Below, in pieces: positions 1 to 18,096 of a stretch of DNA of 64,000 bases (position 1 is its first letter; the number at the start of each line of letters is the position of its first letter). The notes under the pieces are model-generated. The model was not told where the DNA came from and did no database searches. It worked only from the letters and a program-made list of their open reading frames with translations. Made by a program: the position numbers and the translations under genes. The DNA is taken from assembly GCF_009914755.1 (NCBI RefSeq), contig NC_060934.1. One strand, given 5' to 3'. The DNA is from the human T2T-CHM13v2.0 reference genome, Homo sapiens.

Positions 1-195
1 AGCTCGAGCAGGGAAATTCCCATTTTTAAAATCATCAGAGTTCATGAGACTTACTATCATGAGAACAGCATGGGAAAGACCTGCCTGCCCCCATGATTCA
101 ATTACCTCCCACCAGGACCCTCCCACAATACGTGGAAATTGTGGGAGTTACAATTCAAGATGAGATTTGGGTGGGGACACAGCCAAACCACAACA
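1..195 (-). mobile_element. MaLR LTR (THE1/MST type), cut by the window edge
   Basis: gatgagatttgggtggggacacagccaaacc is the reverse complement of the THE1/MST LTR start. Confidence 0.85.
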
Positions 196-2789
196 TGTAT
201 CATGTGAATATTGTTTATAATGCATAAATATTCTGAAAAGTATAAAGAAAAAGCATCACAGCTGCAGAAAGTGACAAAGGTATATAAAATAAAAAGGAAA
301 AAAGGTATCATCATTGCTCCCAAAACTCTGGCCTCTGAGACTTTGAGACTTGACACTGGATGGTGGGATTCTTTTGTAGCTGCCAAAGGTATGAAAATGA
401 CGTAGACATCGGCATTTTGTCTTCATCAACAAACATTTAAGTCAGTTTTCCCTCCAGTTTGCCTGTTTGTATAATCTCCAATTAAAAGATGTTTTTCTTG
501 ATGGAGAGAGCCCTAAAACATGGAAAAAACATGGATTTTGCTCTAAAGGTCAGGGCAGTCATTCCCCTATAACAGAGCTTAAGCAGTGGCTGGAATGTGC
601 CTTGTGCCTCTCTGCTGTTTCTGCTAATTGGGCTCAGGCCTATTCAACAAGAGAAGGTTGTGAAAATGGCAGGCTCCCAATTAGCTTATGTTTTCCTTAA
701 GGTCCCTCTACCTTCTGGTCCTAAATTCTTCCAGTCATGTATCACAAAGTCCCTGCTGCCTCTTCTGTGGAATTTATTAGTTGCAATAAAGTGTGGGAAT
801 ATAAGAACAAAGTCAGCTTATGATCTATTATCTGCCAATATCAAACTATATTCTATGCTGAGTCAGGGAAACAGTTACCATTAAAAAGGAATTTGAACTT
901 CTTAAAACACTGTCAAACATCAAAACTAAAAGTGCTGTTGTTTTTTGTTCGTTTGTTTCTTGAGTGTCAGAGTCAAAATTTCAGAAGCATAACTTGTGAG
1001 ATGACTCTGATGTAGGATTCAGCTATGGGCTATTCTGAACAAGGTGATTAGTCACTGAAAACCCCGGCTACTCTTTTTGGAAATCATATTGTGCTTGCTG
1101 CTACAGACTTCTAATAAGACATACAACCTATCTTTTCTTATTGAAGTAAAACTAACCAATATTCTTATAGAAAGAAGATTCACTATCCCCGTAAGTAGGA
1201 CCAATACCACCCAAAGAATAAGACACCCCAGACTTCTAGAGGGGCCAGCTAGCTTAGCACTTTAAAGCACTCTTTTGCCTTTCCATTCCTTCTGCTTATT
1301 CCCACTGGAAAAGCTGATAAGGTCATAACTGCCTTCAGAAACAGATAATGAGAGATAAGCATTAAGTAGAAAACAGAGCAAAAACAAAACCACTGGAGGC
1401 ACATAAAATCTAGAACTCTGCTGACCTCACTCCAGACCACACGACTAAAGGAAGATGGCCATCAGTTCTACCCTGGTGTTCCCAAATTGGAAAGGCAGAG
1501 GATTTTTTTTTTTAAGCATACAAAATATTTTTTCATGTACATGATGCAATCCTCTTTATTATATGTTTAATAGCAAAAACTAAAGAGAAAAAGAAAGCCT
1601 CAGAAGAGACATCAGGTCATTAAAGTCAGATGACTTTCCGGGAATGGTTAACAGAATAAATCCATAATTAAATGGGAATAATTGGAATAGATTTCTAGTG
1701 TATAAAGCATAACCTAAGATTCCTCTTCTGCACAAACAATAGTGCTTACTTCTGAAAAAATTTGAGAGGGAGTTTTGTTTTGTTTCTGTGGTTCTTGTCC
1801 TCTTCAACAGATTTTAGTTTAATCAATTATTCTGCTGGATGTGAAAACATCAGTGGCTTCTACTCTTCTAGTATACAGTTTCACTCAAATCAAATTTCAG
1901 GAATGGAACATCATTTTTTTACACTTATGCCAAAGAAGATGTTTTTAGACTTAGGTACCTTCTCAGTCCACATAGACAACTAACTCAAATAACTTCAACA
2001 GAAGCAAATCAAAGCTCGGTCTTTGGTGTGTGTGGCTTCTCAATGCCATCCCTTTTGCTTAAAAAGAAACTATTTTATAACAAAATTACAAAGAATATAC
2101 TACTTCCTTAAAAACAGGTCTACAATGACAGTAGAATCATAAAAGTTATATCTTTATGATATAATTAAGCTGTATCATATTTTAGAAGCTCTGGGCTACC
2201 AATCTTTTTCTACCAATTTTGCAGTATTTAAAAAAAAAAAAAGTCCTATTTAGCTTACTCAACCAACTTCTGGTCGTCACTCCCCATCCCTGCCCACATA
2301 TCCCTTGCTTAACAGATCTGACTGTGTGAAGTGATGGGAAACTGTGTTTCAGGGAAGGTAAAGAAGGGAGCTCCCACCGCAGCCCCAGTTCCAGGGGTCA
2401 AGCTCTATCCATCAAAACCTATACTGGTGCTTTTACTCCCTTTGATTTTGATATGGGCAGAAGAGTAGGGCAATTCCAGCCAACAAACATGATCAGGGAT
2501 CTGTCAGGAGGTTATTAGGAAAAATGTATTTGCTTTTACAAAGAGCCACAAAAAGAAGACAAAGGCCCTGTTCCCCTTCCTCTGTGCAAGGATGTGGCTC
2601 TGAAAGAAAAGGACAAGCTAGAGCACAGAGCTAAGGTGGCCTTCAGGAAGGCTCCCTGAAAAAATGTGAGTGAGGTTGCTAAGCTACAGAGTTAACTCCC
2701 ACATATTCCCTAGCTCCAGACTTCCTGCTACATATATGCCAAACATTTCCTCATTCTAGATTCCAGGTTGTCTGTTACCTGTCCTATTA

Positions 2790-3000
2790 TATTAATACGT
2801 TGAGTATTTCTAGGTACCAGCCCTGATTCTAAGCCTTTGGCGGGTATTGTATCACTTGACACGGCAACCCCTGAGACAAGGTCTACAATTATCCCTATTT
2901 GCTGGATGAGTAAACTGATGTATGGACAAGTAGAGTAATGTGCCCAAATCTCATATATGGTAAACAGCTAGTAACCAGTCAGTCTGACTTCTGGGTCCAT
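2790..3000 (-). mobile_element. MIR
   Basis: attatccctatttgctggatgagtaaactga..tgcccaa resembles the MIR core. Confidence 0.6.
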
Positions 3001-3641
3001 GAGAAACTATCTAAATCTTAAAAACATTTATTTCAAAGTAATAATAAGATACTAATATCAATTAGTTTAAAAATCCGAATTATGTTGAGAAAATTATGTT
3101 TCCTTCATAGAACTGCCATGGCTGTTTTATTATTTAAAATTATTTCCATCACACAATGTTTGTATGCTAACACTTAATATATGACAAAATTAGGACATTT
3201 CCTGTGCCATCACGGTGTGCAAGGCAAGCTGTCCCTTTTTGCTGTTTCATATTTTAATACCCTACACCCATGAAATTACTTTAGGATCTTTATACCATAA
3301 AACATAGGCTGAGATGAAATATGTAAAACATTTATGATTTCTTTCTACAGCTGTCATTAATCTAAATTGAAAAACAATTTATTCCAGCATTTAGTCAACA
3401 AAATCATTAATAATTTTAAAAATTAATAAAGCAACTAAACCCTCTCTGAGTACCCACCTTGCTTTCTATCCATATAAACTTTTTAAAGAAAATAAGTGAC
3501 CAACTAAACAAACATGTGGCTTTTTATTAAAAGCACTGAAAAATGATCAGCATCACTCATCACCAGGGAAATGTAAATCAAAAGCAAGGTAGGACATCAC
3601 CTCACACTGGTAGGATGGCTGTTATCAAAACATCAAAATAC

Positions 3642-4381
<740 letters not shown>

Positions 4382-4574
4382 TTAAAAAAATAGAACTACC
4401 ATATGATCCAGCAATTCTGCTTCTGCATATATATCCATGATAAATAAAATCACTATATCAAAGACATATTTGCAATTCCATGTACACAGAAGCATAAATT
4501 CACAATAGCCAAGATATGGAAACAACCTAAGTGACCTGCAACCGATGAATGGATAAAGAAAATGTGATATACAC

Positions 4575-4577
<3 letters not shown>

Positions 4578-4607
<30 letters not shown>
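4578..4607. repeat. (GT)15 microsatellite
   Basis: Direct reading. Confidence 0.97.
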
Positions 4608-4609
<2 letters not shown>

Positions 4610-4960
4610 ACATAAATGTATAAAATGGAATATTATTCAGCCTTTAATAAAAAAGGACATTCTGACATTTGTGACAACATGGATGAACCTAAAGGGCATT
4701 ATGCTAAAAGAAATAAGCCAAACACAGAAAGACAAAATCTGTACGATTTTACTTATAAGTGGAATCTTGGAAAAAAAAAAAAATGAACTCATGCTAACAG
4801 AGTACGATGGCAGTTACCACAGGGAGTTGGGTGTGGAAAAAGGAAAAATATTGGCCATAGGGTAAAAACTTTCAATTGTAAGATGAATGAACTCTGGAGA
4901 CCTAACGTATAGCATTAGGTGAGTCTAATAAACATATTTTATACTTGAAATTTGCTAAGA

Positions 4961-5659
<699 letters not shown>

Positions 5660-5893
5660 GATAAATTATCTTGATTGTGGTAATCATTGTATTAATATAT
5701 ACATATATAAAAACCTCATACTGTACCCTTTAAATATATACTATTTTTATCTGTCAATTATACTTCAATAAAGCTGGAAGAAAGCACAATTAAAATTATA
5801 AAACACTGGGATTCCCTACTACAAAAAACCCATTGTGAGTCAATAAAAACAACTGAAGCATTAAAAAAAAAACACTGAAATAATTAACTCATT

Positions 5894-6064
5894 GGAGGTG
5901 GGGGGAGGGGGGAGGGAAAGCATTAGGAGATATACCTAACGCTAAATGACGAGTTAATGGGTGCAGCACACCAACATGGCACATGTATACATATGTAACA
6001 AATCTGCACATTGTGCACATGTACCCTAAAACTTAAAGTATAAAAAAAAAGTGGAAAAAAAAAA
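5894..6064 (+). mobile_element. Young L1PA 3'-terminal fragment (~170 bp)
   Basis: gcattaggagatatacct..gtaccctaaaacttaaagtataa plus A tail; flanked by taactcat on both sides. Confidence 0.92.
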
Positions 6065-6753
6065 GTAACTCATCAGATACATTCTGAGTCTTCCATATGA
6101 AAGGAGGACTTTGCTAAGTGATGCAACAACTTTGTAAATAGTCATTCTTCCCAAGGCAGAAAACAATTATTTCTGAGTGGTAAACAATTCTGATTTCACG
6201 AATTGTAGGTGGCTGCACTGCACAGTGAAACAGATAACTCTAAAGACTGATAAACCTAAAATAGGTCCTTGAAATTTATGAAGGGATAAGTGCCCAAACA
6301 TGACAAAATACCGTAATCTAAATTCTAAAACAACACCATAGGATATATTTCTCTCATACAGTGAAGTTAGGTACAACAGAAAGTTTTAATTTGCGTCTTC
6401 AGATCCTTGGACTTACTGCCTATTAAAGAAGAGAAGAGTCTTGAAAGTCTACTCACTAACAGCATGATTCACTGCCAAACATCTGTGCCTCTGTAGCATT
6501 ACAAACTCTAAAGCCCTGAACCTTCAGAATGTACTGCAAATATTCATAACTGCTCACAATAAATCTGTGATCAGAGACCAGCCAGAAATATCCTGCATTT
6601 ATGTTAGATAAACTCTGACATAGAGATTGGTACTTAACTAAAGTTTGTTAGAATAATTAACTTTTAATCATCACCAGTGATTGAGATGGGAGAAACATCT
6701 TTGGGGTATGGGACAGGATGTTACAGCAATGACGCACATATAAGGATTTGTCA

Positions 6754-6891
<138 letters not shown>

Positions 6892-9199
6892 CTATTCAAA
6901 AAGAAACAAAAAGGTGTCTTGTAAAAAACCAGACCTTGCAAATCAGTAATGCACCTGGTTTTTCAAAAGTAGCAGAAAAATGATTCTACATATTTAAAAC
7001 ATCTTTCCAATCCTATACAAAATAGCTGATTGAGGACATTCCACCCAGATTAGACCTCGGAATTATAACCATGTGCCGAGGACAGGCAAGTCTAATAATT
7101 ACAGCAGGAAGGGTGGCACACACACGGCACACAACAGACAAAACACTACACTTTGCACTCCTACCCAAATCAATCACCTAAACCAAGTACGTACACCAAA
7201 AAGTGAAAAGTACTTCTATACAAGACTTTCACTCTCTCTCAACTGTGGCATTTTCCCTTCTTTCCAGTCTCATAATTAAATTATGAGGTACCATCTTAAT
7301 TCATCAGAAATGCTAAAAATAAGGAAGATTAATAAATTTGCCCTTTCTTCAAAGCCTTATGGTTTTGTGATTTTTGGATAAGAGATTTAGATTATTCAGG
7401 CTGTTTCTATTACCTACTTCACAAGATAGCAGTCAGCATTAACTCAAACATCAGGGGAAAAAACTGGCCTATCACTATTATTTGTTACATAACAGATACG
7501 TAATTGTTCACTGTGACATGGATATAACAAGCGATGTCTTTACATAAATATTTATCAACTAAGTTTTTAATACTCCCCAGAACAACCAAATGCTACGTGA
7601 TATTTCTTTCAGATAAAAAATTATAATAACTTCCTTTGGCTTATGAGCTGTAAAACCTCATTTCAATGTTCTGAAAAGAAATGAGAAAGCTAGGATAAAC
7701 TAGGGGAGTCAAACTTTTTAGTTCAAAGACGAAATCTAAATCATCTCCTATAAGAACAAAGTAAAATATTACCTTCAGTTGGATCCACTTAACTCAGTAC
7801 ACCAAGTTAGAAGAAGTACTGGCATATTATCCTTAGTAACACTGTTAAGAGTAATCTGGCTATAAGTATTACATGTGTGATTGATACTTACTCTTCATGT
7901 GCTAAACTATATGAACACCCAATACAAACACAGAAACAAAAAAGTGCAATATAATAGGTTTGCAATGTATAAAACTTAGTTATAGATCAGGATACTATTT
8001 GCTCTTCCTTCATGAGTTCCATCAGGGAATAAAACTTAAAAATGAATTGATAGTATTGGGTTTATGTAAATATTGGGACATATGTTCAAACAAAAGGAAA
8101 TTGATAAACATTTACCAACATAAACTTTGACATGAAACTTCATAAACTTTAAGAATTAACCTGCAAGAAACAAAATCTTTAAAAACTCAGTAGCAAGATG
8201 AAACTTTAGCAGCAAGTTTTTTTTTTTTTTTTAATAGAAATGGTAAGGAGAAGACATGGACAAAAACTAACTAAGGAAGCAAACTAGAAACTAAGGTTCA
8301 CCGTATCTCAAGATACTAAGAGTCTCTCCTTAAAACTTAAGCTTCAGAAAAAAGGAAAGGAAATACCGTTTCATATGATAGTCCATAGATACATTGATAA
8401 GCTTATTCTGATAAGACTTTCTTATACTAATAAGAAATTCAGATAAGTCATAAAGGGTAGACTTGTTAATGACAGAACTTTATTTATTAGTGACAGAACC
8501 TTATGTGTCGACAAAGAGAAGGAGGAATTAAAGTACACTGAAATGCAAGTATAATTTTTATGTCAAAAATAAAAATTGAGGCTATCATTGACTAGGGACC
8601 AGGCTTTCATACTCATTTCCCACCATTTGAGGTGATTATTACACCAACTGCTTACTTAGAGAATGAATAATTAACCCAAAAGTATTTTTAAAAATCTACC
8701 CTCTCTTTTCAGTAGGAACTGTATTTCAGAGAAATCAACAGTACCAGTTCATGAGGGGAAACCTGTCTTTTCAGAAGAATGCCAAATAATGGAAATAGAA
8801 CTAATAACAGAATTAGAAATATGACCATTTTCAACTCCTAATGAAATAATTCAGGCAAAGATAATCATACTAAAACTATTATGTTAAGAGTTGATAGATA
8901 ACTGGATATTTGCATAGTGACAAAATATCACTTGAAAAGAAAAAGATCTACTTTTGAAATGAAGAGCTCAGGCTCCACACAACTCTCACCTTTTGGTGTC
9001 TGGAGTCCAGTATGCTACTGGTACCCACCCCTCTGCTCCTTCCTGAATCTATGCCATTTTTCCTCTTCCCGTAAATGGTCTTGTTGGCGCTATGGACTGC
9101 TGATTATTATCTCTCTGGACAAGCTCAAAAAGTGCACAATTTCACCACGTCCTACCCTGACAACTTTTAAGCACAAGTCACGAAAACGAAACTGTTTCC

Positions 9200-9910
9200 T
9201 GAATTCATGATCTCAGTTTCCAACAAGAGGTCCCAAAGATACCTCGAAACTGAGCTCCCTATTTTGACTCAGGCACCATTCCCTAAAACATTTAGAATTA
9301 GCTTTACTCTCTTTCCTCCCTCTTTGATCTCCACAGCTTCTAAGTCTTATTGATACAACATTTTTGCTGATTTTGGTCCTCGGCCATAAACCTAGTTCAG
9401 GATCAACTTGTCTCTTACCTGAAATTTTAACAGTGGCCTTCTAACTGGACACAGGCTCTGGCCATATCCTCTCTAACAATGTTCTGCACCACTTTCTGGC
9501 ACAGGAGTTTCCTAAAACATATGTTGGATCACATCAAACCTCCAGCAAACACTATAGGTAGACCAGAGGGAATTTCAGACAATGGTGCTTACTGTACCAC
9601 ACAAACTTCTTCACCTTCATTCTTGCTTTTTTTGAGACCTGTACTTCCAACATCATTTCTTCTATAGAAATACTGAACATTCTTCAAAGCCCAGTTCAAA
9701 CGCTATTTTCTAAGAAGCATTCCCTGATTCTCAATAGAACTAATCATGCCATGCTTTTTGTTACCACTCTGTTCTAATTTTACTTTAACTATGGTTCTAA
9801 CTTATAATTTAGCTAATTTTAAAAATTGCTATTTCTAATCTTACAGGGAAGCCTGGGCAGATCATCATTCACCTTTAAACCCAAGCACTCAGCACAGTGG
9901 CTTACACCAA
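9200..9910. mobile_element. Degenerate L2 remnants
   Basis: cttcaaagcccagttcaaa, aagcattccctga and cagcacagtggcttacac resemble L2; boundaries approximate. Confidence 0.4.
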
Positions 9911-11945
9911 TGTGGATGACTTTTTCATGAATATTTTTTATGTTCCCTATTTCACATGGTTTCAAAATCCTGGAATTTTAAAAGAACATTTTGATAAGTT
10001 GTTTTAAAAATTGTTTAGGGAATGCTTCAAAGAGGCATTAAGATAAACTTTAGTAAAATGTATTTTCAGTGAAATGTAATCACTGTATTTTTAGATTTAT
10101 ACTAAAAGATGTATACCACTGTTATATGCCTATTTCAACTTCCTGTCACACCTACAGCATATGATGTCTGTGGCAAATGTGATTATTTCCAAATGCATAG
10201 AAAAAACAGTACACTGTTTCTCCATGTAAGTCAATTATGACATGCAGTACCTGCAGCACAGCAACATACAATAATCAGACTAAGAGAAAGAATGGCTGAA
10301 GATGGCAAGGTCTGCACTTTTCCACTGCACTTGAAGAATTTTACAATTTTATATTTGTGGAATCAACTTTGAGTTCATGGATAATAAAACTAAAACTAAC
10401 GTTCACTCTCATAACAAAGGAATTTTCCTAATTCATGTAAAATCAATGATGAATCCATATATTGACTTATGTATAATGTATGAAAAGTGCAGTTATTTAC
10501 AGCAATCTTGAATTATTATCAATCAGTTGAAGAATTTTTAAAATACATTATTAATTCCTATCAACATATTTGTTATATTTTTGACAGCATCATGCAGGTC
10601 CTACTAGCGTTTCAGTCATGTTTCTTCCTCCCAGTCCTGAAGTCTGGCCACAAATCTAGTTCACCGTCTACTGCATACAATGTGTATCAAGTGCATACAA
10701 GGACTGTAGGCCTGTAAAGCTGTGTATCTGTATTTATGATGGAAAGATATCCATAAACATCGCAGCATACAATGTATTAAATATTTTCTACAACACAATT
10801 TATACTAGATACCACTGTCCACTGAAATATACATCATGCACTCTATTTTCAATTTGAAAATATTTGCTTTAGCATAAATAATTGTTAAAATATGGCACTC
10901 GTAACCAATCTATTCAAGACTATATATGCTCACTTATGAATCAAATTATAACTATAAATCAAAAATTTTAAATCAAATATACATAATTCTAATGATTATA
11001 AAACTTACTAATGGCATAAATTAATTTGTTAGAGTTATGACTTTATTTAAAAGATTATACAAAAAAAAATGCCATAAGAAATTACTCTCCCGTTTTTAAA
11101 TTATAACTTTAATCCTCCACTTATGAGGCTGCCCCAAATAGCTGCTCAGCTTTGTGCGAGGTGGGAAATTTTCCTTCTTGCCAGGGAAAAACAGATGTTC
11201 CTGCTGTGATCAGGGATCTTCCTTATCATCTAAATGTACTGCCACAGCATCAGGTGTCAAAAAGCCACTCCGGCTGGGAAATGCATATTAATTTGCTGCT
11301 CCCTGGTAGCGGTATCCTGGCTATGGAGAAAATCTCTTTCAGGGTAAGGAAAGTAAGTGTCTTCTCCCACCTTAGCCCTCCCCAAGCTTATTACAATTCA
11401 GGAAAACTATATAGAGCCCACCCAATGCCTTGAGATAGAGGCTCATTCCCGGCATACTAAGCTGCAACTCCAAGCTTTATCTCCCAGAAACAGCTATTTA
11501 GCTGATGGTCAGATTTCTTGGCAAGACTATATCCCTCTGTTGCAGAAGTCAGAACTGGGGTTTCATAAGCATTATAGAAGTCATAAACATTTCTGTGTTG
11601 GCACAGGAAACCCAACTATGTTTCCACCTCGTTTCAGTGCAAAAATCTCATTTTTTTTAAGAATTATGAGAAATCATAGCATATTTTGAAATACAAAATA
11701 CTCAATGCATATACATTTCATTCAGAACCTCTATGCATCATATGGTTTCAAATATTCCCGTGTGATGTTAAGATTTTACATTTCCCACATTTTTCAGCTC
11801 TGCAATTATGGTAAAAGAGAATTCAATGTTCTGCTTAATTATTTCTCCAGGAAATGATACACAAAAAACAAAGGGAACTATTTTCAGGATATCTAATCTG
11901 AAATTAGGAGACTGAAGTAAAATTAATAATGATGGCTTAGAATGA

Positions 11946-11996
11946 TTTTTTTTGAGACAGTCTCGCTCTGTTGCCGAGGCTGGAGCCTCGGCAACA
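11946..11996 (-). mobile_element. Very short Alu 3' fragment ending in a fold-back
   Basis: T8 gagacagtctcgctctgttgccgaggctggag followed by an inverted copy. Confidence 0.8.
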
Positions 11997-12741
11997 ATTT
12001 ATTTATTCATCTTCTAAAAAATAAATAAAAACAGAAAAAAGAGACAGATAAGGGTGAAATAAAATGACTCACACACACAAAACGCAGGCTTAATCACCAA
12101 CTTGTAAATGAAGGCAGAAAATTTTGGCAGTTCCTATTGGAATAATAAACTAAATGCCTATTAAGACTTTTTTTTAAATAAGGAAACCCAGAATTTTATT
12201 CCAAACACAGTATTCATTATCATTTACCCTAGGTGCATGTCTATTCCTAAGTATAATGAACCAACTAAAAAGCAATATTTGAAATCCATGCAAACCAACT
12301 TCCTATGTGTAATGCCTAATGTTGTAGAACTGAGGCCAAGTAATCTGTTCCTATATTATCTGTAATTCCTAAGCCAGTATCCAGCACATAATCAGCACTG
12401 GTACATGTATACATCTTACTTTTCCTTTTTGCTAACAGGTTTCCCCCACATTCTTAATAACTATTAATGAGAGGTATGGAAAAGACAAATGAAAGAGTAT
12501 GTGTTTATAAAGTTTTTATAACAGAACTATGGCAAGACAAAGAGGAAACTCAAACATCCATACATTTTTGTCAAAACAACCACATCGGGATCATTAGTGA
12601 TAATTAATAGTTTGCTAAACTATGGTGGAGTCTGCAACCAGAAACACTGGTCAGAATCCAGAGATTTTGAATGCCAAAAGACGTATTGCAGCACCTCTTT
12701 AGCTCAAATTACTTAAGTAATATTTCATTTTTAAATGTCAA

Positions 12742-13040
<299 letters not shown>

Positions 13041-13960
13041 AATTTTCTTTTTCAACTGAGTTAAAGTTTTGAACAGGAGTAAGTAAAAAAATTTGAAAAT
13101 AATTTTTCCAAGCAAATTAACTATCCAACAAATTAACAATATACAAAATAAAATATCCTAACATATATATCAAATTTTTACTAGGATTTTTCCTTTGAAA
13201 TGTTAAAGGTATTATCCATAGTTCTTAAAACTCATTCTGACCTGAAAAATGAACTATATCATTCTTCACATTTGATAATATCTTTTCTAGTCATTCTGAT
13301 ACATACTCAGTATCTTCTAGATAATAAAATTCATTTAATTTGGTGAGGAACTCAAGAATTCTGAATATGCCAAAAAATTTTCACAGTGGAATTCTAATAT
13401 AGAAGAATTTCTATATTAGAAAGAATTTGAAAATTACAACTAAGTTTCCAAATACAATTCCTGTCATGGCAGCAAACCCTTCAAGTTGATACACTGACAA
13501 AATCAGAAGCATGACATTTTAGTTTTAAGTCATAACCTGTAACTGGCCAGTATCTTGTTAACGGTCTTATCAAACAAGAAAAATAATCACAGGAGTATGG
13601 ATCTGTATCAGGCTATGAACATAAAGGGATCCAATATGAAAAAGGATTGGTCAAAAATCTCTCCTGGAGATGCAGGTCTGATCAAACTAAAACGGGCGCG
13701 GATTTCTCTGAAGCCACTGGATCTGTCCAGAGAGCCAACCAGGGAATCCAAGGAGAAGAGAAAGACCAGCAAAACTCAACCACATCCAGGATGCTCGTTT
13801 GAACCAATTTTCTCAGCTGTTCCTAATCCACTTTGACAGAGAAGGAAGCCATGAAAAATTTTGGATACAGCATTTTAAAGCTGGAAGGAAGAAGCTAGAC
13901 AACAGCTAGGTTAACCTCTTACTGACTGAAAGAAGAAACAGGGATCTGGAGAAGTGATAA

Positions 13961-14341
<381 letters not shown>

Positions 14342-14624
14342 TCTACTCAATCCTGAGTAATAAAATTTCCAACTTCTCATTCTTAATCTAACATGGAACC
14401 ATAGTTTAGGTGGCTAATGACAAAAATTTCTGATATCTAGTCACTGCTACACAAGCATCCCATCACATGGGAAGGTAGTTCTTGAATTCAAAATGATGAT
14501 ATATTTGATCACAAATTATATTTTCATAGAGATGGTTGGTTCACTAAGAAATACTATACAGTGTTACGAATAATCATACGTAAAATGTTGGCTTTAAAAT
14601 TGTCTCATTTCATTCTTAAAATAA

Positions 14625-15070
<446 letters not shown>

Positions 15071-15553
15071 ATCTCTTTCCAGGTATAACTTAGATTATCT
15101 TCTTTATCCTGGGAAAACATGCAGAAAGAGGTGAGGAGGAAATAGATGAGGGAAGTTTAACGTTTATAAAAAATTACAAAAATGTTGTCCACTCTTAGAC
15201 TCTGAGGAACTGAAGGACAGAGCCTAAAGGAAAGCCGCATGAACCACAGCCTCCACTTGCTTTCCTGCACAGTATTTCATAAGGGCCAACATGGCCCCTG
15301 AATTCCCCTAGAGCCACCAGCATTCCACTATCAGCAGTGGGCAGGAATGGAGAACACGGGACCACCATTTTTGACCTATACTCCTTAAAACAAGAAGGGT
15401 GAGTGTGTGAAAGAATAAATAAATAAATATTTCGGGTTCAATTAAATCTTGAAGATCTTGACTCACTTTCTTACACTACACTAAACATGAGGAGCAACAT
15501 TTGACTAAAAGCTGCTTAACTCTGAAAAACAAATTTATACTGAAACAATTTAA

Positions 15554-15913
<360 letters not shown>

Positions 15914-16994
15914 CTCATTTTCTTTCAAAAATGCTCCACTCTAAATATGTATGCTCCAAAACTAAAATTATAAGTAACAATAGCATTTTGCATCAAGAAT
16001 ACTATGCACAATACAAAAAGAAGGGAACAGATGCTAGACAGAAAGGGAGAGATAGTAAAATACTTATAGTGGTTGCCTAATTCCAAAATACCTACAGTCT
16101 TATACATTATTTAGATGTGCATCATAAATATTTTATATTTATCTAAATATTTTTCGTCTGAATTTAAAAACGAATGTATATATACATATATATTTAAATA
16201 AATTACTACAATTTGAAAATGAAGAGATTTAAATCACATATAACTAGTCTGACAATGTAAGATAATTACCACTTTCTTCCATTTTTCAGCCCACAATCCA
16301 AACTCCAATGGACTGGATGGATGCGTAGAAGAATTGGGTAATTTCTGTGAAAGTCCCTAGGTACAGTCTACCTTAGCTTTCCCCTTAATTGTGAAAGTGC
16401 CTCCTCAGGTACACTGTCTCCACAGATACTTTTTATCTTAATGTAGAAAGTGCTTATTTTCATTTATCATAATCTTATCCTACATATTGTTTCTCATAAG
16501 TAATGACTTTTGTGGAGAATTACATTGCCACATGGGAAGCATTTAGAGTAAAGAAATGGATGGCACAAACTTCTAAAGAACTGAGTTCCTCTCTACCACC
16601 CCATTAGCAGAAAAAGCATGTTCTCTAAAAAGGATATTAATATTCAAGGAAACTATTTCTGTCCTCCATTCATGGCTAAAAACTACAATTTTAGAAAATG
16701 TGATTCAGGGAATTTGAGTAACGTCTATTGAAACCTTACTCTCCCCTTCCCCCCAAAAAAACACAATCTAACTAAAGTCGAAATAAAACAGATATTGCAA
16801 CAAGATGCCCCAATAAAAATTAAATACAAAAGTGCAAGTACCCAGCCAAGAGAATTCAGCACATTTATATCACAACTTTATCATTTAACAGCTGGTTGAA
16901 CTATTAGGTGTAACATTTAACAGCTGGTTGAACTATTAGGTGAGCTATTTAAACTCTCCAGGGCTCTACTTGCTCACCAATAAAATAGGTACAA

Positions 16995-17322
<328 letters not shown>

Positions 17323-17728
17323 CTACACTTCTGGTATAGGTATAATTAAATGATATATAACATGTAACATACCAAGCATGGCATAATGCCTAGGAATAGC
17401 AAGTATTCAAAAACAACTTTGTTATCATTAGTGAAAATATTAAAACCAAGAAAACAGATTTGGCTTATAGGTAAAATAGATGGAAACCACTTCTACTACC
17501 AAATTTCGAGAAACACTGACTGGAACACATTTCTCCAAAGGCAGCCCAGATCATAACAGGAGCAGGAATATATGCAAAATTAAAAGAAAGGATGTTTAAA
17601 GTCCTTAGAATGCAAACAGGTGCTCCAGTTGCAGCAATCCATCTGATACTCTTCTTGTTAATAACAGGACCTGAAGGGACTAGATCTAACTTCACAACTC
17701 AAAACAGGTAGGCTTATAAGCTGAATTA

Positions 17729-18096
<368 letters not shown>

